NCBI GenBank assembly: GCA_001661245.1
Contig: KV454012.1
Coordinates: forward strand, 464,147 to 528,146
Source: Pachysolen tannophilus NRRL Y-2460
Taxonomy: Eukaryota
Direction: 5' to 3'
DNA length: 64,000 nucleotides
In this document: in pieces, positions 44,808 to 56,027 of the stretch
How positions within the stretch are numbered: position 1 is the first letter of the stretch
Layout of the letters: every line of letters begins with the position of its first letter
Notes under the pieces: generated by a model
The model's input: the letters and a program-made list of their open reading frames with translations, nothing else
Database searches by the model: none
What the model was told of the DNA's origin: nothing
Program-made: the position numbers and the translations under genes

Positions 44808-47036
44808 ATGAAGAGTAAATTTCTTTATAATTTAATAGTTAAGTGGATTATGTCTAAGAATAAGGGTAATAATACTAGTAATAATAATAATAGTAGTAGT
44901 TATTTGAAATCATTGAAAACAGATACTCCAGCAACTTCATCTTCATCATCGTCAATCAAGAGTGGTGGTAAGAAAGATAATCAGGTTGATTTCAATCAGT
45001 ACCGAAATGGCGATGGGAAGAGTTCGCTGCCGTTAACCGTCGAACCTCAGAAAAAAGATAAGAGATCGTCAAGTTGGGCATTTTGGGGAGGAAATGACGG
45101 CGGTAAAAGTAATGATAATAATAATAATGAGAGTAACACTCCGAAGTTGAATTCTGGTCAAATAACGCCTAATCTGAGCGAACCTTCTTCAGGTGTTGCT
45201 GCTGAAGAGATGGCTCTTGATGATAAACTGAAACTGAACACTAATACCAATGTAACGCAAAAGGAATCGCAACTGAATGCTAGTACGCCGTTGTCAACAA
45301 GCAATATTAACAATGGGTATAATAGTGATAATGATGCACGTAGCACAATTAGAGATTATCAACAGGAGAGTTGGATATCCTGGGGTAGAAGACTTTCAAC
45401 TGGGAAGAATTTATCTTCAGAGTCATTGAGGAATTTGTTTATGGGTGGTGGTAGTGCTGTTCCAGGTGCTACTAATACTGGTAGTACCGAATCATCAAAT
45501 GTTAACCTGGAGAATCATCATGATCCAAATAATTTTGCTTCACAACCAAAGTCTGTTGTTACTCATGATGAATCAGGTAAGCCCGTTGAAATGAAAAGTG
45601 GAAGATCTCAATCATGGGTTTTTGGATGGGGTTCGTCATCTTCCAAAGGTGACAATTCTTCTAATAATAGGACAAATACAATACTATCAGAAGACGCAAT
45701 TTTATTTGAACTGTCAAAAACTAAACCTAATGATAAGATCAATGCTATGGACTCTTCTACATCATTAAGAGAAGATTCTAAGAAACTGTCAAAACATCAT
45801 AAACCACATCCTCCTAATAAGATTGTACCCAATTTTGAAGAAGTACTACCATTGGAAACAGTTTTATCAAAAATGAGTAATTATATTTCTTATTCTCCTC
45901 CGAAGCATTTACAAAGAATTTCTAAATCAAAAGTATTTAAAAGAGTTTTAATTGTTGGTGTACATGGGTTTTTTCCAACAAAAATGTTAAGACCATTAAT
46001 TGGGGAACCAACTGGAACTTCAATCAAATTTACTAATGAAGCAGAAAAAGCGGTACTCGCGTGGGCTAGGAAAAGGAATATGGAAATTTCAATACAAAAA
46101 ATTGCTTTAGAAAAAGAAGGTAGAGTCTTTGATAGAGTTGATTTTTTTTATAATATTATGAAAAAATGGAAAGATGAGATTCAACTTTCGGATTTCATTT
46201 TTTTTGCCTCGCATTCGCAAGGAACACCTGTTTCTATAATATTATTATCAAAATTAATTCAAAATGGTATAATTGAAAATGATAAAAATGATAAAAAAAT
46301 TGGAATTTTAGCAATGGCAGGGATAAGCAATGGACCGTATTACGGAATTGATCAAAGATTTTTCGTTAGAGCTTATTCAACAATTGAAAATGATTCAATG
46401 TTAGAATTATTTGAATTTCAAAATTTTGATTCTTTACAGTCTAAAAAATATTTAGAAAGTTTGAGAATTGTTGTTAATAATAATGTTAAAATTTGCTTTG
46501 TTGGTTCAATTGATGACCAGTTGGTCCCATTGTACTCTGCAATAGCATCACATATAGAACATCCAAATATTTATAGGGCATGTTATATTGATGGTTCTTC
46601 GAACACTCCTAATTTTGTTTCGGAAATAGTTTCTCTTTCATTATGGTTGAAAGACATAGGATGCACAGACCATGGCATCATTAAAGAAATCAGTAATGCA
46701 TTAGCTGGTCCACTTACAGGTGGAGGTCATTCAAGGATTTACAATGAACCAAAAGTTTATGAACTAGCGATTAATTTCATACTTGCCACAAACGATTTGA
46801 ATTTAGTCAAACTGCAACCGGTTCATTTCAACAAATTTGATATTAAGTTATTGAATACTAATCCATACCATCTTCCTTTCTTTTTAAGAGGTATGATTTT
46901 TGAAACAATCAAAAATTTACCCTCAGGTAGAGAAAAGATAGATATGGTGTTGAAAGAATTTGACGATTGGAATCCAGATTCTAAAGTATTGAAAGATTTG
47001 AAGTACAGATTAAGTGCTATCAAAGCAAAATTATAA
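44808..47036 (+). CDS. YML020W-like alpha/beta-hydrolase-fold protein
   Basis: IVGVHGFFP, GEPTGTS, SHSQGTP, GSIDDQLVP, GGGHS; divergent from UNG1 as YML020W/YML021C. Alternative ATG at 44850. Confidence 0.85.
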   Translation: MKSKFLYNLIVKWIMSKNKGNNTSNNNNSSSYLKSLKTDTPATSSSSSSIKSGGKKDNQVDFNQYRNGDGKSSLPLTVEPQKKDKRSSSWAFWGGNDGGKSNDNNNNESNTPKLNSGQITPNLSEPSSGVAAEEMALDDKLKLNTNTNVTQKESQLNASTPLSTSNINNGYNSDNDARSTIRDYQQESWISWGRRLSTGKNLSSESLRNLFMGGGSAVPGATNTGSTESSNVNLENHHDPNNFASQPKSVVTHDESGKPVEMKSGRSQSWVFGWGSSSSKGDNSSNNRTNTILSEDAILFELSKTKPNDKINAMDSSTSLREDSKKLSKHHKPHPPNKIVPNFEEVLPLETVLSKMSNYISYSPPKHLQRISKSKVFKRVLIVGVHGFFPTKMLRPLIGEPTGTSIKFTNEAEKAVLAWARKRNMEISIQKIALEKEGRVFDRVDFFYNIMKKWKDEIQLSDFIFFASHSQGTPVSIILLSKLIQNGIIENDKNDKKIGILAMAGISNGPYYGIDQRFFVRAYSTIENDSMLELFEFQNFDSLQSKKYLESLRIVVNNNVKICFVGSIDDQLVPLYSAIASHIEHPNIYRACYIDGSSNTPNFVSEIVSLSLWLKDIGCTDHGIIKEISNALAGPLTGGGHSRIYNEPKVYELAINFILATNDLNLVKLQPVHFNKFDIKLLNTNPYHLPFFLRGMIFETIKNLPSGREKIDMVLKEFDDWNPDSKVLKDLKYRLSAIKAKL

Positions 47037-47265
47037 TTCTTACTTTTTTTTTTTTTATCTTATTATACTTTATTTATTTTTATTTTATTTTTTTTTTTTT
47101 TGTTGTAATTTCATGTTTAAGCGTTGGCATAGAAGGATAAACATAAAGGCTTCATTAGTTAATAATAGTTTATATATATATATATATGTATAATTAATAA
47201 GGAGTAGTTTTGTTTTTGAATATAGAGAAACCATAAAAAATCCAATTTCTTTTCTTTTTTTCTTT

Positions 47266-47700
47266 TCATTCTGGAATTTCCAATCCCACCCTATTAGCGG
47301 TTTTTTTAACATGATTATCCTTTGATGCGGTAAGTCCTGGATTGTATCTTTCTAATAATTCATGGTAAACTCTTTGACTTGATAAAAATACAATCATGGT
47401 ATCCAAATGATGATGATCTAATCTATTATGCAGGCCCTTCTTCTCAACAATGTGATCAACAAATGACATATCAACAGCCGGTAGCTTTAACTCTGTAGTG
47501 CTATACTTCTTTGCCAAGACGCTCAGGGTTTCATTATCCAAAGTCTTACCTGCCCTAAGAAGTTGAAGTTTCTTATACAGTAACATGGCTTCATTTTTTT
47601 TCTGAAGATCTTTTTGGTGTACTTTAAAAGAATTTTGATTTAAAGTATGTAATTCTTTTTGCAAGTTTTCAGCTAAAAGTTTTATCGTTTTGGAAGACAT
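47266..47700 (-). CDS. FMC1: ATP synthase assembly factor
   Basis: FLSSQRVYHELLERYNPGL..VKKTANRVGLEIP. Confidence 0.85.
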   Translation of the reverse strand: MSSKTIKLLAENLQKELHTLNQNSFKVHQKDLQKKNEAMLLYKKLQLLRAGKTLDNETLSVLAKKYSTTELKLPAVDMSFVDHIVEKKGLHNRLDHHHLDTMIVFLSSQRVYHELLERYNPGLTASKDNHVKKTANRVGLEIPE

Positions 47701-47946
47701 AATGTAAAACCTTCTCTATGAATGAATTGGCCTGATGTCTATTGAATATTTGATGATTTAATTTTGAATAAATAAATTAAAAAAAACGGTTTGTATTAAA
47801 ATTGGTGAAAAATCATCAAATTAATAAAGAATTGAGCAAAAAAAATAAAATAAAAAAGAAAGCCTAAAAAAATTTAACACTGGAAATGATGTTTTAAAAT
47901 TATAAGAATACAAATAATAATTAGTTTAAAGATTTCTTAAAATTAA

Positions 47947-49767
47947 ATGGAACCCAGCGATGAAATAGTAGGATCACTTAATGACAAGGTAAGAGAGTTA
48001 ACTTTGGAAAATAATCATCTTAAGATTCTAAAGGAGTTTTATGAATATAGCTATAAGCTTATCAAAGTGAACAATGTACATAGAGTAATATCTAGAAATA
48101 TAGAGACAATATCACTTGATATAAGATATAATGGGAATAAAGATATTTTGAAGCTTGAAAATGTGCCAAAGACGTATAAGATAGTTACAGTGAAGCAATT
48201 AATATATAATAAGCTGGGCTTATTGATTAAAGATCAACTACTCTACAAAGATTTGAATATACTACAAGATGGTTTTACTCTTCTGGACTATTTGGTGGAA
48301 GATGGAGACACGATAACACTAACGCATGAGGTTAATATTTTTATTAAAGATAGGGTGATACGACGCTGTCCTTATGATACTTTTGTTAAAGATCTTTTTG
48401 AAGGTAAAAAAGATAAAAATAATGATTATTTAACTTTCAATGATGGAATGATTTTAAATAGAGACAAATTATTATCGGATTATGGTATAACCACAGATAC
48501 TGTTTTGTTTCCAAAAAATTTGAAATTAACTATAAAATATGGTAATATTGAAGAATATTATGGTATTGATGATTCTACTACTTTAAGTTTCTGTTTAAGT
48601 AAGATAAATTTACTTAAGGATAAATATAATGAAGTTGTTGAAAAATATAAAGATGATAAAGATATAACGATTGTAAAATTATTGAAAGATGAGAATTTTT
48701 TTTTAGAAATGAAAGATTTATCGATTAATGTGATTCTCTTTGAATCAACTCCAAAGGCACCAAAAATTGAGAAATTTATAGTCAACAAAGATGAAAGACT
48801 TTATGATTTTATTAAACAAAATTTCACAGCAGAGCACATATTATTACAAATTGATAATAATGGACAAGAATTTTTAATATCGGAGAATATTTCATTTTCA
48901 GATGTGATAGAGACAAGTGATAACAAAAATGGTATTACTTTAAGATTAGGGAAATTAACAAATTTAAACCCACAAAGTTATTATTATAAAGATATAAAAG
49001 ATGACGTTTTCATAAAACCACTTCAATCTTGTATTATTACTGATAAATATACTAACAAGATAGTTATTAAAAATTTTTATAATAATTTGGATAAATTAGT
49101 TTTGAAAAAATATAAGCTTAATATATATGATTATGAGAACAAGTTAATTTATGAATTAGGTATTGGTGAAATAGACTTTGATTTATCTATTTTCCAGATT
49201 TTTGACAAATTAGATGATCCTTTATTTTTCGATTTTTCACGTAATGTTGCCATGGTCGATGATATAGTTATTGAAGACTTGAATACATTTAAAATTAAAC
49301 AATTGTTATCGGCGATTGCTAATAAAAATGAAATTGATTTGAAAATTTCAATCAAATTACAATTAATGGAACTAGCAGCTTCTGCTTCTGATAAGAAGCC
49401 CATGATTTGGGGGTTTAATAGTCAAACCACTATAGCAGATTTAAAACTGAAAATTTTACAAACGAGTGGTATAGAAATTGGGGGAAATAAGAATATGTTT
49501 AAAATCTTGTACTGTAAAGAAGATTTATCAACCAATAATTTTGTGAATTTAGAAAGATTTTTCAATTATGAATTATTAGAAATATGTAATGTTTCATTTG
49601 AAAGAAATTTGATTTTCTATTCTTTAGAAAAAACGAATTTAAAAGAGAAACAAATAACAGCTACAATGAATGAAACCCAAGATAGATTTGTTGTTGAGTA
49701 TACCGATGTTCACGCAAATGGAGTTGATGGCACTGTTAAAGTTTTCCATTCACCAGTGTACAGATAA
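47947..49767 (+). CDS. Orphan protein with several degenerate ubiquitin-like domains
   Basis: VKQLIYNKxGL..DQLL..LQDGFTLxDY.VEDGDTITL; DKLLSDYGI; TTIADLKxKI..SGI; no di-Gly ends. Confidence 0.65.
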   Translation: MEPSDEIVGSLNDKVRELTLENNHLKILKEFYEYSYKLIKVNNVHRVISRNIETISLDIRYNGNKDILKLENVPKTYKIVTVKQLIYNKLGLLIKDQLLYKDLNILQDGFTLLDYLVEDGDTITLTHEVNIFIKDRVIRRCPYDTFVKDLFEGKKDKNNDYLTFNDGMILNRDKLLSDYGITTDTVLFPKNLKLTIKYGNIEEYYGIDDSTTLSFCLSKINLLKDKYNEVVEKYKDDKDITIVKLLKDENFFLEMKDLSINVILFESTPKAPKIEKFIVNKDERLYDFIKQNFTAEHILLQIDNNGQEFLISENISFSDVIETSDNKNGITLRLGKLTNLNPQSYYYKDIKDDVFIKPLQSCIITDKYTNKIVIKNFYNNLDKLVLKKYKLNIYDYENKLIYELGIGEIDFDLSIFQIFDKLDDPLFFDFSRNVAMVDDIVIEDLNTFKIKQLLSAIANKNEIDLKISIKLQLMELAASASDKKPMIWGFNSQTTIADLKLKILQTSGIEIGGNKNMFKILYCKEDLSTNNFVNLERFFNYELLEICNVSFERNLIFYSLEKTNLKEKQITATMNETQDRFVVEYTDVHANGVDGTVKVFHSPVYR

Positions 49768-49925
49768 ATTAACTAAGATAACAATCAACAAAATAATACA
49801 CCATATATATATTTAAAATACCGTACAACTTTTATATGTTCTACATATTACAAGTTTTCAATAAAACCTAACTTACTAACTAACTAATCCTTGATTAACT
49901 TTTTTTTTACCTTTTTTTTTAAAGC

Positions 49926-50281
49926 TTAAATTTGAAATTCTTTGCCATTTCTAATATCTTCGACATCTTGTTTGGATATGTCAACATGATTACTACAAAT
50001 ATCGCAATTTAATCTCTTACCAAACCATATAGGTATAATTGGTACAAAAAAAAGAGTAAACCAAAGTCTCCTCTTTATTACTTTAACAGACTTATTATGA
50101 CAATGATTACAATAAAAAGTCCTATTTTCCAAGTCAGGTATTGGTGAATTAAAATCCTTAACTGTATATAAATGATTTTAGCATAATATTAGTATATTCA
50201 TATATTCATATATCCACTTTGTAAAGAGTTTAAATAACACTAATGCTTACACCCAAACAAAAAGATCAGAGGAATACACAT
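49926..50281 (-). CDS. Small zinc-ribbon protein, two exons
   Basis: Exon1 50281-50251; intron 50250-50162 (GTAAGC, TACTAAT, CAG) joins in frame; CNHCHN..WFTLFFVPIIP..CDIC. Confidence 0.8.
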
Positions 50282-50494
50282 CTTCACTATCCCTCTATAT
50301 AACAGCTATCAACTAATAATATATACTAATAACAATTCTAAGTATTAATTATATAGTTGCAATTTATAAACTAAAAAAGAAAAAACGTTTGATTTTTAAG
50401 TTTATTAGTTATCTTCGCTAATAAATTATGCTTAATTTCAATAATACCTCTTTATATATCAAAAATACCGTTATAATATTAAAATTTAATCAAA

Positions 50495-51868
50495 ATGTCA
50501 TTTATGAACTGGAGCTATAACGGGATTGTCAGTAGTATTCATAGTGATGATACTGTTAAGTTACCATTAATATCTAAAGATAGTACTGGAGCTTTGATTC
50601 CATTTCATGAATTTGTTAACAATTTTGTTCCAGAATTTAGGGATAATTCAACTTTTAAATTGAAAAGAATTTTATTCAATGGAGCACTTCAAAACATATA
50701 CCTTACATCATGCCTGTCTAGGTTTCATGATATGTATAAAGTGAGTTATGGTAGGAAATTAATTAAATTTGAGACTTCTGACAAGTATCCTCATTTAACA
50801 AATGGTCAAACAACTGCAGATTTTGTTGTTAAAGATGATGATTTTGATAATTCGGAAGAAATATTTAAACAAAATTATGAAAAAAATTTACCTGAAGGTT
50901 GGCCAGCTTTACATCCAAGGACAAGATTTTTATCCGATGAAGAACAAAAAAAATTGGATAATGAATGGGCAGAAAATGATAAACCAATTGTTGTTGTTAT
51001 TCATGGATTAGCAGGTGGTTCTCATGAGATGCAAATTAGAGCGTTTGCTGATAAATTATTCAATCAAGAAGGTTTTAATATTGTTGTCTTAAACTCTAGA
51101 GGTTGTTGTAGATCAAAAATTTCAACTCCTGAATTATTTTCAGCTTTATCTACAGAGGATATTAGATTTTTCATTAATTCTTTATCTGAAAAATTTCCTG
51201 AGAAACTGATTCATTTAATTTCATTTTCATTCGGTGCTGCAATTGTTGGTAATTACTTGGGTGAAGAAGGTGCAAATTCCAAAATTTCTTCTGCTGTATT
51301 GTTATGTTGTCCATGGGATTTACTTGATTCATCATATCATTTGGATAGAAGTTATACAGGTTCAAAAATTTTTGGTCCTGCAATCACTTCATATTTGACT
51401 AATCTTGTTAGAGTTAATTTACCTCTGTTAGAAGCTTCAAATGAAAATAAAGATATTAGAAAAAAATATCAAATTGCTAAAAATTTTACTAAAATGATCC
51501 AATTTGATTCTGAATTTACTGCTCCTATGTTTGGATTCCTGACAGCTACAGATTATTATAGAAAAGCAAGTCCTATTAACAGAATCTTGAAAATTCAAAC
51601 TCCAACCTTGGTATTAAATTCTACAGACGATCCATTGATCTCAGGTAATCTACCAGAAGCTGAATGTAAAGCAAATCCTTATTTGATTTTATGCAAAACC
51701 AATATAGGTGGTCATTTGGCTTATGTTCAAAGTGATGATTCCCTTTGGTACATTGATCCAATTACAAAATTTTTAAAGAACATGAACAAACTATTAGATC
51801 ATACTAAAAGACCAGAGTCTCATTATCAACCTCTTCACTCGAAGTTTGACTATAAACTAAATGTTTAA
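50495..51868 (+). CDS. Eht1/Eeb1-family acyl-CoA:alcohol acyltransferase/esterase
   Basis: LHPRTRFL, HGLAGGSHE, NSRGCCRSKI.TP, SFSFGA, PWDL, NSTDDP, GGHLAY. Confidence 0.88.
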   Translation: MSFMNWSYNGIVSSIHSDDTVKLPLISKDSTGALIPFHEFVNNFVPEFRDNSTFKLKRILFNGALQNIYLTSCLSRFHDMYKVSYGRKLIKFETSDKYPHLTNGQTTADFVVKDDDFDNSEEIFKQNYEKNLPEGWPALHPRTRFLSDEEQKKLDNEWAENDKPIVVVIHGLAGGSHEMQIRAFADKLFNQEGFNIVVLNSRGCCRSKISTPELFSALSTEDIRFFINSLSEKFPEKLIHLISFSFGAAIVGNYLGEEGANSKISSAVLLCCPWDLLDSSYHLDRSYTGSKIFGPAITSYLTNLVRVNLPLLEASNENKDIRKKYQIAKNFTKMIQFDSEFTAPMFGFLTATDYYRKASPINRILKIQTPTLVLNSTDDPLISGNLPEAECKANPYLILCKTNIGGHLAYVQSDDSLWYIDPITKFLKNMNKLLDHTKRPESHYQPLHSKFDYKLNV

Positions 51869-51935
51869 AACATCATCAAATGGGTTTGATTCAGTTAATG
51901 CTTGGTTGTACTAGCCTTTGCACGACAGATGGAGT

Positions 51936-51946
51936 TGAAAAATTTT
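51936..51946 (+). promoter_or_regulatory. RRPE upstream of UTP6
   Basis: TGAAAAATTTT about 140 bp before a ribosome-biogenesis gene. Confidence 0.55.
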
Positions 51947-52082
51947 TTTAAGTAAAAATCTTTTTTTTTTTTTTTTTTTTTTAAAGGTTTTTAGATGTAG
52001 ATGATATAGATGATATATATATATATATATATATATTTAGCTATATATATTAATAGTTAGTGAATATAAATAATAAGAGATC

Positions 52083-53408
52083 ATGGCAGAGAAGGTAAGG
52101 TATTATTTAGAACAATCTGTGCCTGAACTTCAGGATTTGAAAAAAAAAGGTTTGTTTGATAAAAATGAAATTACGATGATAATGAGAAGAAGAACTGATT
52201 TTGAGCATAGAATTACTGGAAGAGGAGCTAAACCAAGAGATTTTTTAAAATATGCTGATTTTGAGAAAAATTTAGAAAGGTTGAGAAGGAAAAGATATTC
52301 AAGGTTGAATAAGGTTGGTTTAGTGGAGACAAAACCATCAGTTTCTGATTGGAGTGGACCAAGAAGAATATTGTTTATATATGATCGAGCTACAAGAAAA
52401 TTTCAAGGTGATTCTAATATATGGGATTCATATTTAAAATATGCGAAAAAATCAGGTGCTATAAAAGTTGTTTATAAAGCTTATTCAAGGTTATTACAAT
52501 TGCAACCTAGAAATGCAGATGCTTGGATAAGTGCAGCTAAATATGAATTTGAAGATCAATCAAATGCAAAGACAGCAAGAGTATTACTTCAAAGAGGTTT
52601 GAGGTTTAATTCAGATTCATTGGATTTATGGCTTAATTATTGTAAATTTGAACTTAGTTATGTTTCTAAATTATTAGCCAGAAGAAAAGTTTTAGGTTTA
52701 ATTACTGAAAGACAACAATTAGAAAATTTAAAAGATGAAGAACTGCTGAAAAGGGAAGAAATTGAAAATTCTTCAAAATTGTTACCTAGAGGTACAGATA
52801 ATACTATGGATGATGATAAGATTATGCTTCCAGAAGTTGGGGAATTAAAAGATGAATTGAAGCAATTACCTGAAGCTGAATTAAATGTCTTGGGTAACCC
52901 AGAAACTAATCCTGCATTAAGAGGTGATGTTGCATTAACAGTTTATGAAGTTGGAATACAAGCATTATTAAAAAATATTCCTATAAATTCAACTATTATT
53001 GATAAATATGATAAATTATTTGAACTTTCTACAAAATTTTTAGAAATATTTGATCAATTTAAAGATGTGGATAGAAATTATTTATGCAAACATATTATTC
53101 AATATTTATTACAAAATATTCCAATATCAAATCCTAATTATAAAAATGTATTAATTCTTGATATTTCTTTACCTATTAGATTTGATAAAGTTACCGATGA
53201 TGAATTTACTGATGATTTAAAAATGTCTATTAATAATTTTATGGCTTATAAATCAAAATTAGCAAGTAAAAAAGAAGAAAAGGAAAAAATTACTGAATTA
53301 TATGTTCATTATCTTCAAGAAAATTTTTTGAATTCATCAGATCCAAAACCAAATGAAAGAACAATCACATTATTACAAGCTATTATTAAAAGGTGTCGTC
53401 AAAGTTAG
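52083..53408 (+). CDS. UTP6: SSU processome HAT-repeat protein
   Basis: RYYLEQSVPEL.DL..KGLF, MRRRTDFEHR, QRGLRFN, NPALRGDVAL. Confidence 0.95.
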   Translation: MAEKVRYYLEQSVPELQDLKKKGLFDKNEITMIMRRRTDFEHRITGRGAKPRDFLKYADFEKNLERLRRKRYSRLNKVGLVETKPSVSDWSGPRRILFIYDRATRKFQGDSNIWDSYLKYAKKSGAIKVVYKAYSRLLQLQPRNADAWISAAKYEFEDQSNAKTARVLLQRGLRFNSDSLDLWLNYCKFELSYVSKLLARRKVLGLITERQQLENLKDEELLKREEIENSSKLLPRGTDNTMDDDKIMLPEVGELKDELKQLPEAELNVLGNPETNPALRGDVALTVYEVGIQALLKNIPINSTIIDKYDKLFELSTKFLEIFDQFKDVDRNYLCKHIIQYLLQNIPISNPNYKNVLILDISLPIRFDKVTDDEFTDDLKMSINNFMAYKSKLASKKEEKEKITELYVHYLQENFLNSSDPKPNERTITLLQAIIKRCRQS

Positions 53409-53488
53409 ATGAATTTGAATATTAGATAGACTAATAAAATGTCAAATTAATAATTCATACCTAAATACATAAAAAAATAATTTTTTTT

Positions 53489-54334
53489 TTAATCTTTCTT
53501 TGCAACTCCAAAATCGTTAACAGGTTTAAAGCCTAAATCACGAATCAATCTCTTATTGAAACGAGCATATAAGACAGCATACACACCTGCACCTGTAAAT
53601 AAGACTGTGATCAAGGCATAAAACAATAACTGACTAGCGGTTATACCTTGATCATTTATATTCTTAGGTAATGAATAAAATCCATCATTGTAGTATTTGA
53701 AATGATGACCACTACCTCTTTGACTTTCAACATCTAACCATCTTACAGCAAATTGTAAAGTCATATAATCACCAATAACGTATCTTGTTGTGTTTGTACT
53801 AGAAGACCAACCAACAGAACTGATAATACTATTGAAATTATTTGGTTTCACTATGAGTAAATTCATTGAGGTATCAATATGAGTATGAGAATCACTTAAT
53901 ACACCTCTAAAATTTAAGTCCATTGGTACATATCCATTACCATTAACTACTGAATCATGTTCTGCTGAAATTGGCAATCTGCATGAAAAAGGAGCATCTT
54001 CATGGACGTATAATTGAAAAAGGTGATACATTTCATCAGTAAGAGGAATTGTACAATTAATATCTTCGCTAACTCCATATTTCAAAGATAATGGCTTACC
54101 AGTTTCTCTACAAACTGGGAAAGGTTTGAATATAATATTACCTTTTGCATCTTGTCTATGTTCACCATTGTCAATTTCACGATTCATACATTCTACCAAT
54201 AATTCTTGATTTTTTCTAAATTCTTTTAAAGTTGGTATATTTTGTTCACTATCTAATGGAAACCATTCTGCACTTATTTCAGGTATTATAAAAAAACATA
54301 AAATAGATATTAACAAAGAAAATCCAAACTTCAT
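53489..54334 (-). CDS. Uncharacterised type I membrane protein
   Basis: Signal peptide, Cys-containing lumenal region (PFPVCRETGKPL, DAPFSCR), single C-terminal TM, tail GVAKKD. Confidence 0.75.
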   Translation of the reverse strand: MKFGFSLLISILCFFIIPEISAEWFPLDSEQNIPTLKEFRKNQELLVECMNREIDNGEHRQDAKGNIIFKPFPVCRETGKPLSLKYGVSEDINCTIPLTDEMYHLFQLYVHEDAPFSCRLPISAEHDSVVNGNGYVPMDLNFRGVLSDSHTHIDTSMNLLIVKPNNFNSIISSVGWSSSTNTTRYVIGDYMTLQFAVRWLDVESQRGSGHHFKYYNDGFYSLPKNINDQGITASQLLFYALITVLFTGAGVYAVLYARFNKRLIRDLGFKPVNDFGVAKKD

Positions 54335-54689
54335 CTTCAACTATTCTTTTCTTTTCTTTACTTTTCTTTTCAATACTATATTATCAATAATTTTTTTATA
54401 TAATAATATATTTAGCAAATGTAATTGTTTACGTTATGTTTTTATGTTTGCGTTCTTTTGATACCTTTAAAAAATCAAAAAAAATTATTTTTAGCTGAAA
54501 AAAAAATTGGTTAAATAAAATTTCATTTTAACTACACGGTGTTTGAAGTTATATATAAAGATATATCTACATTTATCAAGTCATAAAGACGACACGAAGA
54601 CATCCAGCTAAAATTACAGTATATATAGATATATATATAGATAGAGAGAGACTTGTTGTGAAAAAAAAGCCAACAAACAAACACTCATT

Positions 54690-56027
54690 TTATGGTGTAC
54701 ACCATTTCTGTTGTACAAAAAATTCATAAATTTTAGAAGTTTTGTTAACATCTATCTTTAATAATTCTCTTGCAGTTCTCTTTTTCAAGATACCACCTGT
54801 TCTTAATAATTCTCTAAACAAAGTTTCTTTGATGACAAGATATGGTTTTGGATATAATCTTAGTGTTGAACATAAGATTCTTTCTTCTTGTGATAGTAAA
54901 TCATAATCTGCTGCATGTGTAATATCCAATGGTTGTGCTGGTTTTGTAACTTTTCTTGAATTGAAATCCAATCCAGGAGCAGGTGAAGCAGTATGTGAAG
55001 ATGATCTATTTCTCGAAAGAGTTGAAGCAGCATTTATAGAATTTGCAGTATGACGTGATGATCCTAAAGCTCCCAATGATGCATATCTTTGTATAGCAGC
55101 CAGTCTTGCAATCTTATCCTTTTCATATTTAGCACCTTGTTCTAAAGATGTTATACCATTTTTACGCCATTCTTGTAATTGCAGTATTCTTGTACGACAT
55201 TTCAATTCTGCTATCAGATCATTTGTTAATTCTTCAAAATCTTGAGGTGTCATAATTCTAGCAAATGGTTTTAATTTATTATGTAATTCTTTTTCTTCTT
55301 TTGATCTTTTTTTATCATTTGTTATAGTTTTCCTATAATCTAATAAACCATTTTGAATTAATAATCTTTTCCTTTCTGCTCTTGTTGTTAATCTTGAATT
55401 ATATATATCTAAAATTGTTAATTTCAATTCTATATCATTTTTTTGATCATCTGGATCAAAAACCATATCTTTAACTGTTAATTCAGCATCATTTTCAGCT
55501 TCTGTTTCAAATTCTAATCTTCCAGGCATAAAACCTTGAATTTCATGACATAAAGGAACAGAAGCAACAGGTTTTTTCGGAGGAGGTAATGGTAAATCTT
55601 TTCTAGCATCAATTCTTTCTTTTCTTCTTCTAGCAAATTTTTGAGGAGTTATATAACTAAAATCTTTATTTAAATCAGGTATTGGATAATATGGACTTTG
55701 AATATAATATTTAATATAATGTTTAGCAACTTCATCTTTAGATCTATTTCCTATATGATCTGCAACATCTTGCCAATTCCCAAGTCCAAATTTTTGAGCA
55801 CCTTCAATTAATAATAATTCTTCATCTGCTCCCCAATCTTCTGAAAAAATAGGATAAGAATTTTGTTCAATTATACGATAATCATGATAAGGTTTATGAT
55901 TTAAAGTAGATAATCCTTGACTAAAACATCCAACACATAAATCATACTCTTCACATTCTGCACACCGTATTCTAACTCGATTCGTACAATCTGTTGAACA
56001 AACATCACAATGGAAACTATTAGACAT
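54690..56027 (-). CDS. ADA2: SAGA/ADA subunit
   Basis: ZZ finger CDVC..CAEC..LCVGC, SANT WGADEELLL..GLGNW, GFMPGRLEF, SWIRM C-terminus. Confidence 0.97.
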   Translation of the reverse strand: MSNSFHCDVCSTDCTNRVRIRCAECEEYDLCVGCFSQGLSTLNHKPYHDYRIIEQNSYPIFSEDWGADEELLLIEGAQKFGLGNWQDVADHIGNRSKDEVAKHYIKYYIQSPYYPIPDLNKDFSYITPQKFARRRKERIDARKDLPLPPPKKPVASVPLCHEIQGFMPGRLEFETEAENDAELTVKDMVFDPDDQKNDIELKLTILDIYNSRLTTRAERKRLLIQNGLLDYRKTITNDKKRSKEEKELHNKLKPFARIMTPQDFEELTNDLIAELKCRTRILQLQEWRKNGITSLEQGAKYEKDKIARLAAIQRYASLGALGSSRHTANSINAASTLSRNRSSSHTASPAPGLDFNSRKVTKPAQPLDITHAADYDLLSQEERILCSTLRLYPKPYLVIKETLFRELLRTGGILKKRTARELLKIDVNKTSKIYEFFVQQKWCTP

